A stretch of DNA of 64,000 nucleotides from Tubiluchus corallicola (lineage: Eukaryota > Animalia > Priapulida). Positions 38,528-64,000 of the stretch are shown here, one piece after another. The stretch is from assembly GCA_030141605.1 (NCBI GenBank), contig JAQGDQ010000412.1:142493-206492 (forward strand), in the 5' to 3' direction. The first letter of the stretch is position 1, and every line of letters begins with the position of its first letter. The notes below the pieces were generated by a model. It had not been told where the DNA came from. It saw nothing but the letters and a program-made list of their open reading frames with translations, and made no database searches. The translations under genes and the position numbers were made by a program.

Positions 38528-39027
38528 CTTTTTGAAGTGAAATATTTATCTTTTTGAAGTGAAATATTAATCTTTTTGAAGCGAAATATTAATCTTTTTC
38601 AAGTGAAATATTAATCTTTTTGAAGCGAAATATTATTCTTTTTGAAGTGAAATATTAATCTTTTTGAAGCGAAATATTAATCTTTTTGAAGTGAAATATT
38701 AATCTTTTTCAAGTGAAATATTAATCTTTTTGAAGCGAAATATTAATCTTTTTGAAGTGAAATATTAATCTTTTTCAAGTGAAATATTAATCTTTTTGAA
38801 GCGAAATATTAATCTTTTTCAAGTGAAATATTAATCCTTTTGAAGTGAAATATTAATCATTTTGAAGTAAAATATTAATCTTTTTGAAGTAAAATATTAA
38901 TCTTTTTGAAGTAAAATATTAATCTTTTTGAAGTAAAATATTAATCTTTTTGAAGTGAAATATTAATCTTTTTCAAGTGAAATATTAATCTTTTTCAAGT
39001 GAAATATTAATCTTTTTGAAGTGAAAT
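38528..39027. repeat. 22-bp minisatellite, about 23 copies
   Basis: Unit TTTTTGAAGTGAAATATTAATC. Confidence 0.96.
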
Positions 39028-39446
39028 AAGCCCGCTTTTTAGGCGATTCCAACATTTGCTTAACAAGGTATTGCAATTTTTTTGTTTCGTTTTGTCGCAG
39101 ATGCGAGCATTTAATTTACAATTTATTACTAATTTTGATTTGTAGTTTTAAACTTTAGTTTTTCATTACCACTAAGTCAGTACTGACATCTGTTTGTACA
39201 CTTGGAAGTTTCCAATATATGTGTGTGCTTGCTACTGCTATATGTTTGTATGGAACTGGGTTACTGGGCTTCTCTGTGAATGTAGTAGTTTTTCACACTT
39301 GGTAGCAAGATTAGAGGACAAGCAATAGGCTTAAGCAGTTGTGAGGTTATAATAACGTTTTGACTCAGGTGCCATGATATATTGGCTGATGGATTTACTT
39401 TGACTTTTGCTTACTACTGTTGATTATGTTTACCATTTTCTTGTAT

Positions 39447-39797
39447 ATGTGGACTGACTATGAGACTATGATTTTGAGTAAAATACAGATTGCAAAGTTA
39501 AACCAATGTGGACTGACTATGAGACTATGATTTTGAGTAAAATACAGATTGCAAAGTTAAACCAATGTGGACTGACTATGAGACTATGATTTTGAGTAAA
39601 ATACAGATTGCAAAGTTAAACCAACGTGGACTGACTATGAGACTATGATTTTGAGTAAAATACAGATTGCAAAGTTAAACCAATGTGGACTGACTATGAG
39701 ACTATGATTTTGAGTAAAATACAGATTGCAAAGTTAAACCAATGTGGACTATGAGACTATGATTTTGAGTAAAATACAGATCGCAAAGTTAAACCAT
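39447..39797. repeat. 59-bp tandem repeat, about 6 copies
   Basis: Unit ATGTGGACTGACTATGAGACTATGATTTTGAGTAAAATACAGATTGCAAAGTTAAACCA. Confidence 0.95.
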
Positions 39798-40989
39798 GTT
39801 TTTATCCATTGATTTCATCTGTTTAACATGAACTTGGCAACTACAAAAACAGTCAGATAAACCTGCCAATGTCGGTTGTTGGCCCTCCCCAAAACACCCC
39901 GGCGACAACTTTAACGTCACGACAGGTTTCACTACTTCTTGGACAAATAATTGTTTTCTCCTAAGCAAACGGTTAGCGAGTTATGTGCCATGCATAGTTT
40001 CTCTCTTTAAAGAATTAGATACTTAGTTTAATGTTGTGATGATATTAATGGAGCTAATAATAATGATGATGATAGTAATGTAAAAAGTACTTTTGTAAAT
40101 TGTCAACGCCTATCCATCATTGTTATAAAGTTACTTTTTTCTAGAAGAAATTTAGTTTTACGTTTTATTATGTCATCATGCCCATGTTTAGCGCATGCGC
40201 TTTAGCGAAAGTGTCCTACTTCGGCTAGTGGCCTACCCTGCGCCATACAGAAATGAGTCGTTACACAAAGTTACATACCTGCTTTGCTGTAAGCAAGAAA
40301 TTTGCATAGCGACTAAAGAGCTTATTTTGATTTCGTAGGCCCCTGAGGTACAGACACCGTGAGGCCCAGGCTGCTAGAGACAATTAACAAAAGCATGAAT
40401 GTTGGATTCTTCAAATCAGTTTATTCAACTTATACAACATAATGCCAACATTAGGCCCACATAGATGGGTGCAAGTCCAACACAACAAAAAGAGAGGAAA
40501 TATTCTGATATTTACAAAATTAAAATAAGTTTTTGAAGTATGAAATATAATACGTACAAACTACAATAAACAAATTACTGGTATTTTAACTTCTATCATA
40601 GAATACACTGTTATTAGTACTATTACTAAATTTTATTCACCAAATGTCCTGTAATTGTAACCAGGATTGTCAGTGTGGCAGGACCAATGAGTTGGAATAA
40701 GAGATAAGAAAGCAATTACAGTGTATTTTTATACAGCATATTAATTAATGAGCCCTTTTCAAAAAGATAATTCATTATTCTCATTCAGTGAAACTTTTCA
40801 TAGTGAATTAATTTCGCTTAATCTCTGCAGGCCCCTCAGCTCGAAGCCTCTAGACTGCAGCACATAAAACCAATGCCCTAATCCAGCACTGAGCCAGCAA
40901 ACTGCAAGTGATAATATATATGCTGATAATATGAGCTTAAGTCAGTTCGTTTAACACGTGAAGTCGTAAACTATGGTGTGTGTAATTAG

Positions 40990-41366
40990 TAGGGGTGAGC
41001 ATTCTCTACCAGAAAGCGAATTCGAATCGAACCGAATTTGTGACTTTCGAATTGGAATCGAACCGAACTTCAGTGATTCGAATTCGAACCGAATTCGAAT
41101 TGAGATTGAAAGATTTTCGAACTAGTTTTTGAACCACCAGTAAAAATTAGTCTTACAAAGATCATGCATGTCACCAGATTTTGTTCTACAATAAAACGAC
41201 TTGTAATTGGTATAAAATTGTGCACAGAAATCACAGCTAAATTATGCTAATTGCATGATGTTTCAATCGTTTTAGTGATAGAGAACATATGTGATTGAAG
41301 TGCTGAATTATTCGAACCTATATATTATTCGAACGTTCGAACTCAAACGTTCGATGCTCACCCCTA
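40990..41366. mobile_element. hAT-type MITE rich in TTCGAA
   Basis: TIR TAGGGGTGAGCAT...ATGCTCACCCCTA; 8-bp TSD GTAATTAG. Confidence 0.9.
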
Positions 41367-41476
41367 GTAATTAGTGAATTAGTTTCTCTCAAGAAACATT
41401 GTTTATTTTAAGAATGCATTGTTTTCTCTAACAGTTCCAATGATATGTAAAGTTTGCAGAACATAAGTGAACTATT

Positions 41477-42470
41477 AGTATTTGATAATAATAGAATTAT
41501 ATTTATCAGGAGAGCTAGATCTAAATAGTATTTGATAATAATAGAATTATATGTATCAGGAGAGCTAGATCTAAATAGTATTTGATAATAATAGAATTAT
41601 ACGTATCAGGAGAGCTAGATCTAGATAGTATTTGATAATAATAGAATTATATGTATCAGGAGAGCTAGATCTAGATAGTAGTTGATTATAATAGAATTAT
41701 ATGTATCAGCAGAGCTAGATGTAGATAATATTGATTATAATAAAATTATATGTATCAGCAGAGCTAGATCTAGATAGTATTTGATTATAATAGAATTATA
41801 TGTATCAGCAGAGCTAGATCTAGATAGTATTTGATTATAACAGAATTACATGTATCAGCAGAGCTAGATCTATACAGTATTTGATAATAATAGAATTATA
41901 TGTATCAGCAGAGCTAGATCTAGTTAGTATTTGATTATAATAGAATTATATGTATCAGCAGTGCTAGATCTAAAGAGTATTTGATTGTAATAGAATTATA
42001 TGTATCAGCAGAGCTAGATCTAAACAGTATTTGATAATAGTAGAATTATATGTATCAGCAGAGCTAGATCTAGATAGTATTTGATTATAATAGAATTATG
42101 TATCAGCAGAGCTAGATCTAGATAGTATTTGATTATAATAGAATTATATGTATCAGCAGAGCTAGATCTAAAGAGTATTTGATTATAATAGAATTATATG
42201 TATCAGCAGAGCTAGATCTAGATAGTATTTGATTATAATAGAATTACATGTATCTGCAGAGCTAGATCTAAAGAGTATTTGATAATAATAGAATTACATG
42301 TATCAGCAGAGCTAGATCTAAAGAGTATTTGATTATAATAGAATTACATGTATCAGCAGAGCTAGATCTAAAGAGTATTTGATTGTAATAGAATTACATG
42401 TATCAGCAGAGCTAGATCTAAAGAGTATTTGATTATAATAGAATTACATGTATCAGCAGAGCTAGATCTA
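41477..42470. repeat. 50-bp minisatellite, about 20 copies
   Basis: Unit AGTATTTGATTATAATAGAATTATATGTATCAGCAGAGCTAGATCTAGAT. Confidence 0.95.
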
Positions 42471-42943
42471 TGTATGATTTTCATACTGCACTTTCTTCGT
42501 CACATTTTGCTGCATTGGACAGATGTTAAAAAACCAAGTCTCATGACGCCAATTTTGCATTTAAATCTTTTTCTTGTTACTGAAAGTGAAAACGAGAGTT
42601 GCCATTAGGTACGCCAGATCGTGACTGATTCGTAAATGCACTCACTTGTACAGGCGTTTATTAAAAACCATTAATGATATTGCAAGTTCAAAGTCTAAAG
42701 ATACGCCCAGTCAGTGTGTAACAGTTTTCTTTCACGTGCAATTATCTATTTGATTTGTGTTGTGGGTGCAGTTTTGTTGACTTTGTCATACATGTAGTAG
42801 TAGTAGTTGTAAATACAGTAGCTATCTTCATGGTGTTACAATAGCTTCTTGAATGACATTTTCACAATCATTTCTCTTCGCTGTTTTGTAGATTTCGTAT
42901 TTTTTCGCATACGTTTGTTCACGCTGTGTTCCTCTTCAAAATT

Positions 42944-55881
<12,938 letters not shown>

Positions 55882-55960
55882 AGTCACCTTAATTGGCGTA
55901 ATTCTATAATTATGCAGTTTTATTGCTTTGTAAATTGTAATCATAATTTCTTATACATTG

Positions 55961-55991
<31 letters not shown>

Positions 55992-56316
55992 TGTCAAAAA
56001 TACATAGAATACAAGATACAAGATTTTATTTCAGTTATTTTCAGTTTGATTTTTTTATTATTTATTATTACTGTGTATGAATTGTACTAACACGTTATAA
56101 GCATATCAATTTAATGTCATTCGTAACAATTAAATTTTTATTATAATCAGTACTAACACTAATACACTGTAGCATAGCGACTATAAGAAATGTTCATCAC
56201 TAACCAAAGGGCAGCTGACTAGATGACCAATTGGTCTTTCGCTGCCCTTTCTTCACATTTTTGTTTCCAAATTAATTGTATTATAATTGTGCGTGTGTTA
56301 CAAGATAAATAAAAAG

Positions 56317-56439
<123 letters not shown>

Positions 56440-56838
56440 AAAACAAGACATGCATACAGTTTGAATTTTTGAAACACAAATGACACTGCAGACAACGATT
56501 ACTAATAAAACAAATATTATTAATTCTTCCTGTTAGTTATTTCAGTTATTTAAATGAAAAGTTTAATGATTAGTATTTAAAATAAATTGTCGTTCATTGT
56601 TTAATATACAATGTCATATTATGTGCTTTGATTATTAGGACTTTTCTAATTCGCTGATTTGTTTTATAAAAGTGTAACTCTACGTTAAAAGTGAAATCTC
56701 AAAATGTGTGGGCAGTCTGCATACCATCCAGTAATACATTTAATACATATTGTGTCGTGTGCAACACTTTCTGCACTTTGTAATAAAAAACCAAACAAAT
56801 GGTTTGATAAGAAGAAAATTTTGATATATATAGAGCTT

Positions 56839-57365
56839 AAACTTACCTTTAGGAGTGACCTGTAAAGGACAGGCCATTTGGGCGTGGTCGTTTGGGTGCC
56901 AGACATGATCCTGGAAGAACACCGTAACATTATTTGCTGTGCTTAGTGCTGCAGATGCTGCCTATAGTAAGCTAAAATTGTGGTAATCCTCGTCCACTGA
57001 TATATTACCATGTAAACTTACCTTTAGCAGTGACCTGTAGGGGACAGGCTATTTAGGCGTGGTCGTTTGGGTGCCAGACACGATCCTGGAAGAACACCGT
57101 AACATTATTTGCTGTGCTTAGCACTGCAGATGCTGCCTATAGTAAGCTAAAATTGTGGTAATCTTCGCCCACTGCTATATTACCATGTAAACTTACCTTT
57201 AGCAGTGACCTGTAGGGGACAGGCTATTTAGGCGTGGTCGTTTGGGTGCCAGACATGATCCTGGAAGAACACCGTAACATTATTCGCTGTGCTTAGCACT
57301 GCAGATGCTGCCTATAGTAAGCTAAAATTGTGGTAATCCTCGTCCACTGCTATATTACGATGTAA
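56839..57365. repeat. 175-bp tandem repeat, 3 copies
   Basis: Units start AAACTTACCTTTAG at 56839, 57014 and 57189. Confidence 0.93.
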
Positions 57366-58121
57366 CTTTTAAAACACTTGAAGTTTCGTAAGAAAACGAA
57401 TAATTATTTAATTATTATAAGTTTTAATTACTATTTTAATACATCTGAATACGATCACGTAATTAAAACAGGAAACGACTATAACCCGCTCAGCATGGGT
57501 AAAGCACAGCTGAGTTGCCGAACAAATATGTTACACGAATCACGCATTTCGCTAGAAATATATTCTCTAGAAAAAATTTTGCATGCAAATTTGAAAATCT
57601 TGCCTTACGTATGTGCTGCAATTTCTTAGACAATCCGCAATTTAGCATTAAATATCCGCATTCGCAGAATAAACTATCGGCGATCCGCACCGCATAATTA
57701 ACTATGCGAAATCCGCAAATTGTAGATTCATTGCGGATTCCGCAACCGAATATATGCGATGTTGGTCTTTTATACATTTTATATATCTTTTAATTATTTT
57801 ATATTCATTTACTTATTGTTCTGTTATCCTTTATGTTTCTATGTAAGCTATACATACGTATAGCAATTATTGTTTATTAGCAGTATACGAACAACATTAA
57901 AAGGAACCATACATGAAAATGAACACATAAATTACAGTAGTTTTGAAAGTTTTTGAAAAATTTATCAAGATACCTTTTACAATGGATGTATCTCTTTGGT
58001 AGTTTGAACATTATTTATTTATTTGTTAATAGCATATTTACACATAATATCTAGTGTTGTTGTTACATTACAGTGTCTAGATGAGTTTAGTAAATCAGTG
58101 AAAGGCACAAAGTGGAGACCT

Positions 58122-58310
58122 GTTGCAGCTGCTGTTGCTGCTGCAGCTGTTGTTGTTGCTGCTGGTGGTGGTGGTGCTGTTGCTTTTGCTTTTGTTGTTG
58201 TTGCTGTTGCTGTTTTTGCTGCTGCTGATGGTGGTGCTGTTGTTGCTGCTGTTGCTGCTGCTGTTTATCCTGTTGCTACTGCTGTTTCTGATGTTGCTAC
58301 TGCTACTTCT
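58122..58310. repeat. (GCT/GTT)n low-complexity tract
   Basis: Direct reading. Confidence 0.9.
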
Positions 58311-58312
58311 GC

Positions 58313-58415
58313 TTTCCGTCTGGGTGGTCGTGAGTTCGATACAGCGGCCGGGTCATACCAAAGACTTTAAAAATGGTACCTGCTGTTGCCCTGCCTGGCG
58401 CGTGGTATTTAAGGT
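58313..58415 (+). mobile_element. tRNA-derived SINE fragment with a conserved central domain (MetaSINE-like)
   Basis: B-box-like GAGTTCGATAC followed by GGGTCATACCAAAGACTTTAAAAATGGTACCTGCTG...CCTGCCTGGCGC; the family name is from recall and unverified. Confidence 0.55.
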
Positions 58416-58536
58416 AAAAGTGGGGTAATAATAGTCTCTGTTATGTAGGCGTACATAGTTTGTTATTTACAGTCGGTCCAAAAGCTCTTTTTGGCTTATG
58501 TTAACTGTTCATACGAAAAGCCGACCTTAAACAAGA

Positions 58537-58602
58537 TTATTACTACTACTGCTGCTGCTGTTGCTACTACTACTACTGCTACCACTACTACTACTACTAC
58601 TG

Positions 58603-58674
<72 letters not shown>

Positions 58675-58716
58675 TTATTATTATTATTATTATTATTATT
58701 TTATTATTATTATCAC

Positions 58717-58764
<48 letters not shown>

Positions 58765-58770
58765 TATTAA
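58537..58770. repeat. (ACT)n(ATT)n(ATC)n microsatellite
   Basis: Direct reading. Confidence 0.95.
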
Positions 58771-59052
58771 TTAATGCCGGAATTCAATAATTGGTTAATA
58801 CGACGTAAAACTCACATGAAGTTCTTGAGCATTTTGATCTCTTTACAAAGTCTGCTAATATGCAACTGAAAGTAAATTTTCGGGGTGTTAATTTACTTGC
58901 TTTGTGGACTTTCTTGATAAAAATACAGGTCAAGGTAATATAGCTAACTGTTTGCTCGACAGACGTACTCTAGCCTTCGCTCGACAGCATGCATTTGTAC
59001 AGGCACAACGTAGCCAAGCGTTTCACACCCCCACACCCTCCTTCGTTCAAAC

Positions 59053-62000
59053 ATGGCGACGGAAAGAAAGGTGCCAGCGTTTTACCAGCACGTTTTTGAG
59101 ATTGGAGACGATGGCGTGACCAGGTTTATAGGTTTAAAGGAGTTATTTAACGCAATTCGTGCTGGGAAGGCGCGCGTTGACGAAGATGACGTCTACGTGA
59201 CGTCATACGCTAAATCAGGTACGCGTAGTTAATAACAGAAACTGTAGATGCAAAACTGAATATATAATAAGACGTTATTTGTTAATAGGGGCGAACATCG
59301 AACGTTCGAGTTCGAACATTCGAATCGAATTCGATTCGAACGAGTTTTTTTTAGTTCGAACTCGATTCGAATCCAAAACTATAGATTCGAATAATTCAGC
59401 ACTTCAAACACACATGTTCTTTATCACTAAAACGATTGAAACATCACGCAATTAGCATAATTTAGCTGTGATTTCTGTGCACAATTTTAAACAAATTACT
59501 AGTCGTTTTATTGCAGAACAAAATCTAGTGATATGCATGATCTTTGTAAGACTAATTTTTGCTTGTGGTTCGAAAACTTGTTCGAAAATCTTTCGATCTC
59601 AATTCGAATTCGGTTCGAATTCGAAACACTGAAGTTCGGTTCGATCCGAATTCGAAAGTCACAAATTCGGTTCGATTCGAATTTGCTTTCTGGTAGAGAA
59701 TGCTCACCCCTATTTGTTAATTAATTAAAAGCACCTTTGCCCATGTTAGGTACAGTTAGTTTAATTTTGCATTACTGATCAACTTCTCAAAAGTGATTTG
59801 TGCGTTTGCAAACCTAAACCGTCCACTTCTCGCCAGAGTTAAAGCTCCGTTTACGACGACTCAAAGTAGAATGTACCAAGAATTTTGTCAAATGTCAATT
59901 TTGTTTTTTTTAAAACCCTAAATATATTAGACTTTTACATCAAATTGTCTAGAAAACGTTTAAATATACAAAAAATCTAATTTTAAAACCCTGTACTCAT
60001 TTTTCGTGCTAGAATCTAGTACAGCAATTTGCATTTTCAAACTCCGTTAGCAGCTCGTAGAAGCTGTCATTTTGCTTCGGGTTATTTCTTTTGCCAAGCC
60101 AAATAGAATGCAGTACCGTGATAACCATGATCATGAACTGCAGTGTTAGTTTCTGACGTCATATGATGTAAAGCCCATTTTTCGTGACATCATGCGTTTA
60201 AGCAGTACTGTAACACTTATGCAAGCGTGCTTGACGCGCAAGGGAAGACGCCTGCCATTGCCCAAACTGTGGTTAGTTTCTGGCGTAAACAATAGCTGTG
60301 TTCTATTGCCGTTAATTAACTTTCTAAGCTAATTATTCAAATATAAGAAACAATTGCTGACTTTCATAGGCAGGAAAATGTATATTTTGGACAGTAAATT
60401 AAAATGAGATTGAATTTAAACAACTTAAATGTTTTATTTGCTGTAATGGTTGGGCTTTTATTGCACTGCCAAGGTACTTTGTTTTTACATTCTAAAAGTT
60501 GCAGTGCCAATCTAACACATCTCGGTCCTCGCTTGGTCGAAATAAAAGGTCTTTTACAAACAAAAGCATTTGGAAAGTAGAGAATTAACAACCGTGAGAA
60601 AGTGCTTATTTGGTCATTGTTTACAGCAACTCAATGGAACTAGTCTGGTAAATTGTATTTCAAATCTCTAACAAAGTTTAAAAATGAAATCTCGTTGATT
60701 ATTGTCGTCTTCAGTCAACAGATATCGCCGCAATCTAGTAAAATGTGGGCGTGGCTTATAGGGTCCTGGCATTCGGAAAGTAGGGTATTATAACCGCAAG
60801 AAAGTCTTTTATTTCATCATTGTTTACAGGAACTCAATGGGTTTTTAACACTGTTGCTCAGATCATTGCAAGAGGTGACAATGAGAAGTTTTCCCAGATT
60901 CCGCTTGTTCCGCCATTTGACGTAATGGAACCCGGCAGCACTGCAGAAGACAAACTCAAGATGATTAATGAACAGGAAGGGGTGCGCATCTTTCAAAGTC
61001 ACACCCGCTTCGACGAGTTGCCTCCACCTGTACAAGAAGGCAAGTGCAAGGTATAGAAAGGTTTTCCAACTAAAACAATTGAAGCGAATTTAAAAAAGAA
61101 AGTCAGCGAGCTTGTAATTAGTATTGTTAAATATCAGTAACACACAGAAGAGTGAACTAATACATATAAAAATACACTACATGTTAGAGCTCAATACATA
61201 TGTATGCACATACATACATACATATATATATATAAAACAGAATTTATACACAATGGTTTTGTGTCCAACTTAACGCGTAAGAAATTAACAACTTTCGTGT
61301 GAGTAATAATGGCATTTTCTATTTGTAGGGATATAGCAGCTGTATTTTCAGTATTGTTAATTGTTGGGGATAATTCCACAAATTCCGTTTTATCACTATT
61401 TATTTTTAGTTTGTAATAATTAAATGCCATGTTGATATTCTTTATGTCTTAAGTACTGTTTTGCGATGCTGATATTCTTGTGAGCCACTTAAATAGTCGT
61501 GTAATACTTAACGTTGTAGAACGTTAGAAATATTGTTGATTTAAAGGTTAAACAGTAGAGGTCCCAACAGCGTACCCTGTGGGATACCTCGTTGAAGGTT
61601 AGCCCAATCTGACAATGTTGTAGAGAGCTTTCTATTTTGTAGGTATTTCTTCGGAAGAACGTCTTATATATATATTTGCATACTATATATATATAGTATA
61701 TACATGAACCAATGAACAAATAAACAATAAACAATCAAACAGTAAACACAATTTCACACTGCAGGAAACAATGAACAAATAAACAATAAACAATCAAATA
61801 GCAAACACAATTTCACACTGCAGGAAACAATGAACAAATAAACAATAAACAATCAAACAGCAAACACTAATTTCACACTGCAGGAAACAATGAACAAATA
61901 AACAATAAACAATCAAACAGCAAACACAATTTCACACTGCAGGAAACAATGAACAAATAAACAATAAACAATCAAACAGCAAACACAATTTCACACTCCA

Positions 62001-62955
62001 GGAAACAATGAACAAATAAACAATAAACAATCAAACAGCAAACACAATTTCACACTGCAGGAAACAATGAACAAATAAACAATAAACAATCAAACAGCAA
62101 ACACTAATTTCACACTGCAGGAAACAATGAACAAATAAACAATAAACAATCAAACAGCAAACACAATTTCACACTGCAGGAAACAATGAACAAATAAACA
62201 ATAAACAATCAAACAGCAAACACTAATTTCACACTGCAGGAAACAATGAACAAATAAACAATAAACAATCAAACAGCAAACACAATTTCACACTGCAGGA
62301 AACAATGAACAAATAAACAATAAACAATTAACAATCTACAAACTACAAGTGACCAAACCCAACATATCAAGGACAAGCGTCTGCAACCTTGTCTGTCTCA
62401 CAAAGCCAGGTATCTAAAGTGACCTACCATGAAATAACTTGACAGGTAACTGCTTGCTTGCCTAAGAGGGCAGCACTGTCCTGGGCAAGTGGTGTTTCTT
62501 AATAAATATGTTTATTGACAAATTAAATATCGCTACTCTAGTTTATTTAAAGAATTTGCAATAAGTTTACTTCAAGCCATATAAATGTTGCTAAAATACA
62601 AAACGGGTGGGGGTGAGTTAGAGGGTGGGTCTGTCTGAGGGGCTTCCTAAATTTCGTTAGCTTGAGGGACCCCATAAATTGCATTTATTTTTCAGAAATA
62701 TCGAGTAACTTTCTCTCGTGATAACTTATTAAAGTTCTTATCAGTTAAGCGCCCATTAAGAATTAAACACTTAGCATTAAGCCTATAAGTTTTAAATCTA
62801 TTCTAGTATTGGCCATTTTTTTCAGGTGGTGCACGTGTTACGTAACCCCAAGGATGTCTGTGTTTCCTACTTTTATTTCATAAAACTTTTGAAGCTGGCA
62901 GTACCATTTGATGAAGATTTCAACGCGTTTTTCGATTATTTCATCGATGGGATGG
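59053..62955 (+). CDS. Cytosolic sulfotransferase (SULT family), first three coding exons; the gene continues past the window
   Basis: Exons 59053-59218 (…DDVYVTSYAKSG), 60830-61050 (TQW…RIFQSH…LP…KCK) and 62826-62955 (VVHVLRNPKDVCVSYFYF…F..F.DG); GT-AG introns with compatible phases; 5'-PSB and 3'-PB motifs present. Confidence 0.9.
59286..59712. mobile_element. hAT-type TTCGAA-rich MITE (inverted relative to 40990)
   Basis: TAGGGGCGAACAT...ATGCTCACCCCTA; 8-bp TSD TTTGTTAA. Confidence 0.9.
61260..61490 (-). mobile_element. LINE reverse-transcriptase remnant
   Basis: Translation YKLKINSDKTEF...ITHTKVVNFLRVKLD matches the LKLNxxKTE...KxLGVxLD region. Confidence 0.65.
61710..62330. repeat. 59/60-bp minisatellite, about 10 copies
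   Basis: Unit AAACAATGAACAAATAAACAATAAACAATCAAACAGCAAACACAATTTCACACTGCAGG. Confidence 0.95.
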
Positions 62956-62984
62956 GTGAGTTGTCATTATCCGTTTCTTCGTCG

Positions 62985-63495
62985 TCGTCGTCAACATCAT
63001 CATCATCGTCATCATTACCATCACACGACACTTTTGTCTTCATCATCATCGTCATCATTATCATCACACACCACTTTTGTCTTCATCATCATCGTCATCA
63101 TTATCCTCACACACCACTTTTGTCTTCATCATCATCGTCATCATTATCCTCACACACCACTTTTGTCTTCATCATCATCGTCATCATTATCCTCACACGC
63201 CACTTTTGTCTTCATCATCATCGTCATCATCATTATCATCACACGCCACTTTTGTCTTCATCATCATCATCATCATTATCATCAAACACCACTTTTGTCT
63301 TCATCATCATCATCGTCATCATTATCCTCACACACCACTTTTGTCTTCATCATCATCATCATCATTATCCTCACACACCACTTTTGTCTTCATCATCATC
63401 ATCGTCATCATTATCATCACACACCACTTTTGTCTTCATCATCATCGTCATCATTATCATCAAACACCACTTTTGTCTTCATCATCATCGTCATC
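62985..63495. repeat. Approx. 43-bp CAT-rich minisatellite
   Basis: Unit CACTTTTGTCTTCATCATCATCGTCATCATTATCATCACACAC; explains the His/Ser-rich ORFs. Confidence 0.92.
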
Positions 63496-63736
63496 TCCAC
63501 CACATCCATTTTCTTCACTTCGGTCTTCTTTAGAGAAGCTGCTTCCAGCCCATAGATTAGAGGCCACTTCTTCGTCGACTTTCCCTTTAAGTCTCACCGA
63601 CTCATTCATAGAAGGTTTTGGTGCACTTTTTACAGGCGGGTGCCCATCCTGATCCTAACCCTCCCTATTTATGCGGGCTCGGGACTGGCATTGAGTTGGG
63701 CTGGCTTGCCCCCCCCCCCCCCCAGTGGCTAGGTTG
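63492..63736 (-). mobile_element. RTE (Expander-like) derived fragment: 5'UTR piece joined to an ORF piece
   Basis: Minus strand reads AACCTAGCCACTG...GCCAGTCCCGAGCCCGCATAAATAGGGAGGGTT...GATGGGCACCCG, then the translation WPLIYGLEAASLKKTEVKKMDVVEM. Confidence 0.65.
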
Positions 63737-64000
63737 TCTCTGTCACAGGTCTAAGAACTAGTAAATGTGCTAGTTCCTGACTCGTAGTCATAATCATAAG
63801 TGTTTTCATCGTCACCGCTGATGCAGTTGTTGCTGTTGCTGCAACTGCCTGTAGTTCTAATAACAAAATCCAATACAACAGTGTAGCGATTCATTGCTAA
63901 ATCTTTTACTTGAAACTAAAAATCCAATAACAGCTTAGTAAATTCCCCTGTAAACTAAATAGCACTTAAAATGAACTGTACCTCACTATAAGCAATAATA

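Noticed and set aside
40990-41366. Heat-shock element arrays
   Set aside because: TTCGAA/GAATTC spacing does not fit nGAAnnTTCn, and the arrays lie inside hAT MITEs with TSDs.
62956-63652. His/Ser-rich C-terminal extension of the SULT (ORFs 62826-63652)
   Set aside because: There is a GTGAGT donor at 62956; the downstream sequence is an intronic minisatellite.

Overview
AT-rich, repeat-dense genomic DNA from an animal (invertebrate-like): spliceosomal introns, microsatellites, SINEs, LINE remnants and MITEs, with no prokaryotic features. From left to right: (1) a large minus-strand exon (1-952, missed by the ORF track) encoding a somatomedin-B domain plus cysteine-rich ectodomain, probably of an SMB-type GPCR; (2) a rearranged tandem cluster at about 11.6-36 kb of intronless DEG/ENaC channel genes (one intact, one 5'-truncated, one 5' fragment) interleaved with intronless heparan-sulfate 3-O-sulfotransferase (HS3ST)-like genes (two intact, one pseudogene, one fragment fused out of frame to the channel N-terminus); (3) a 9-exon type-I membrane protein with four Ig domains and a 5-residue tail (42944-55881); (4) the first three exons of a cytosolic sulfotransferase (from 59053). 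The most notable observations are the co-duplicated channel plus sulfotransferase cassette, whose breakpoints can be read at base level (including a 20-nt templated insert at the ENaC/HS3ST fusion), shared active-site substitutions in the HS3ST copies, and a 5S rRNA-headed, RTE-bodied SINE with an 11-bp TSD. Most long ORFs in the supplied track are translations of repeats. All alignments and counts were done by eye.
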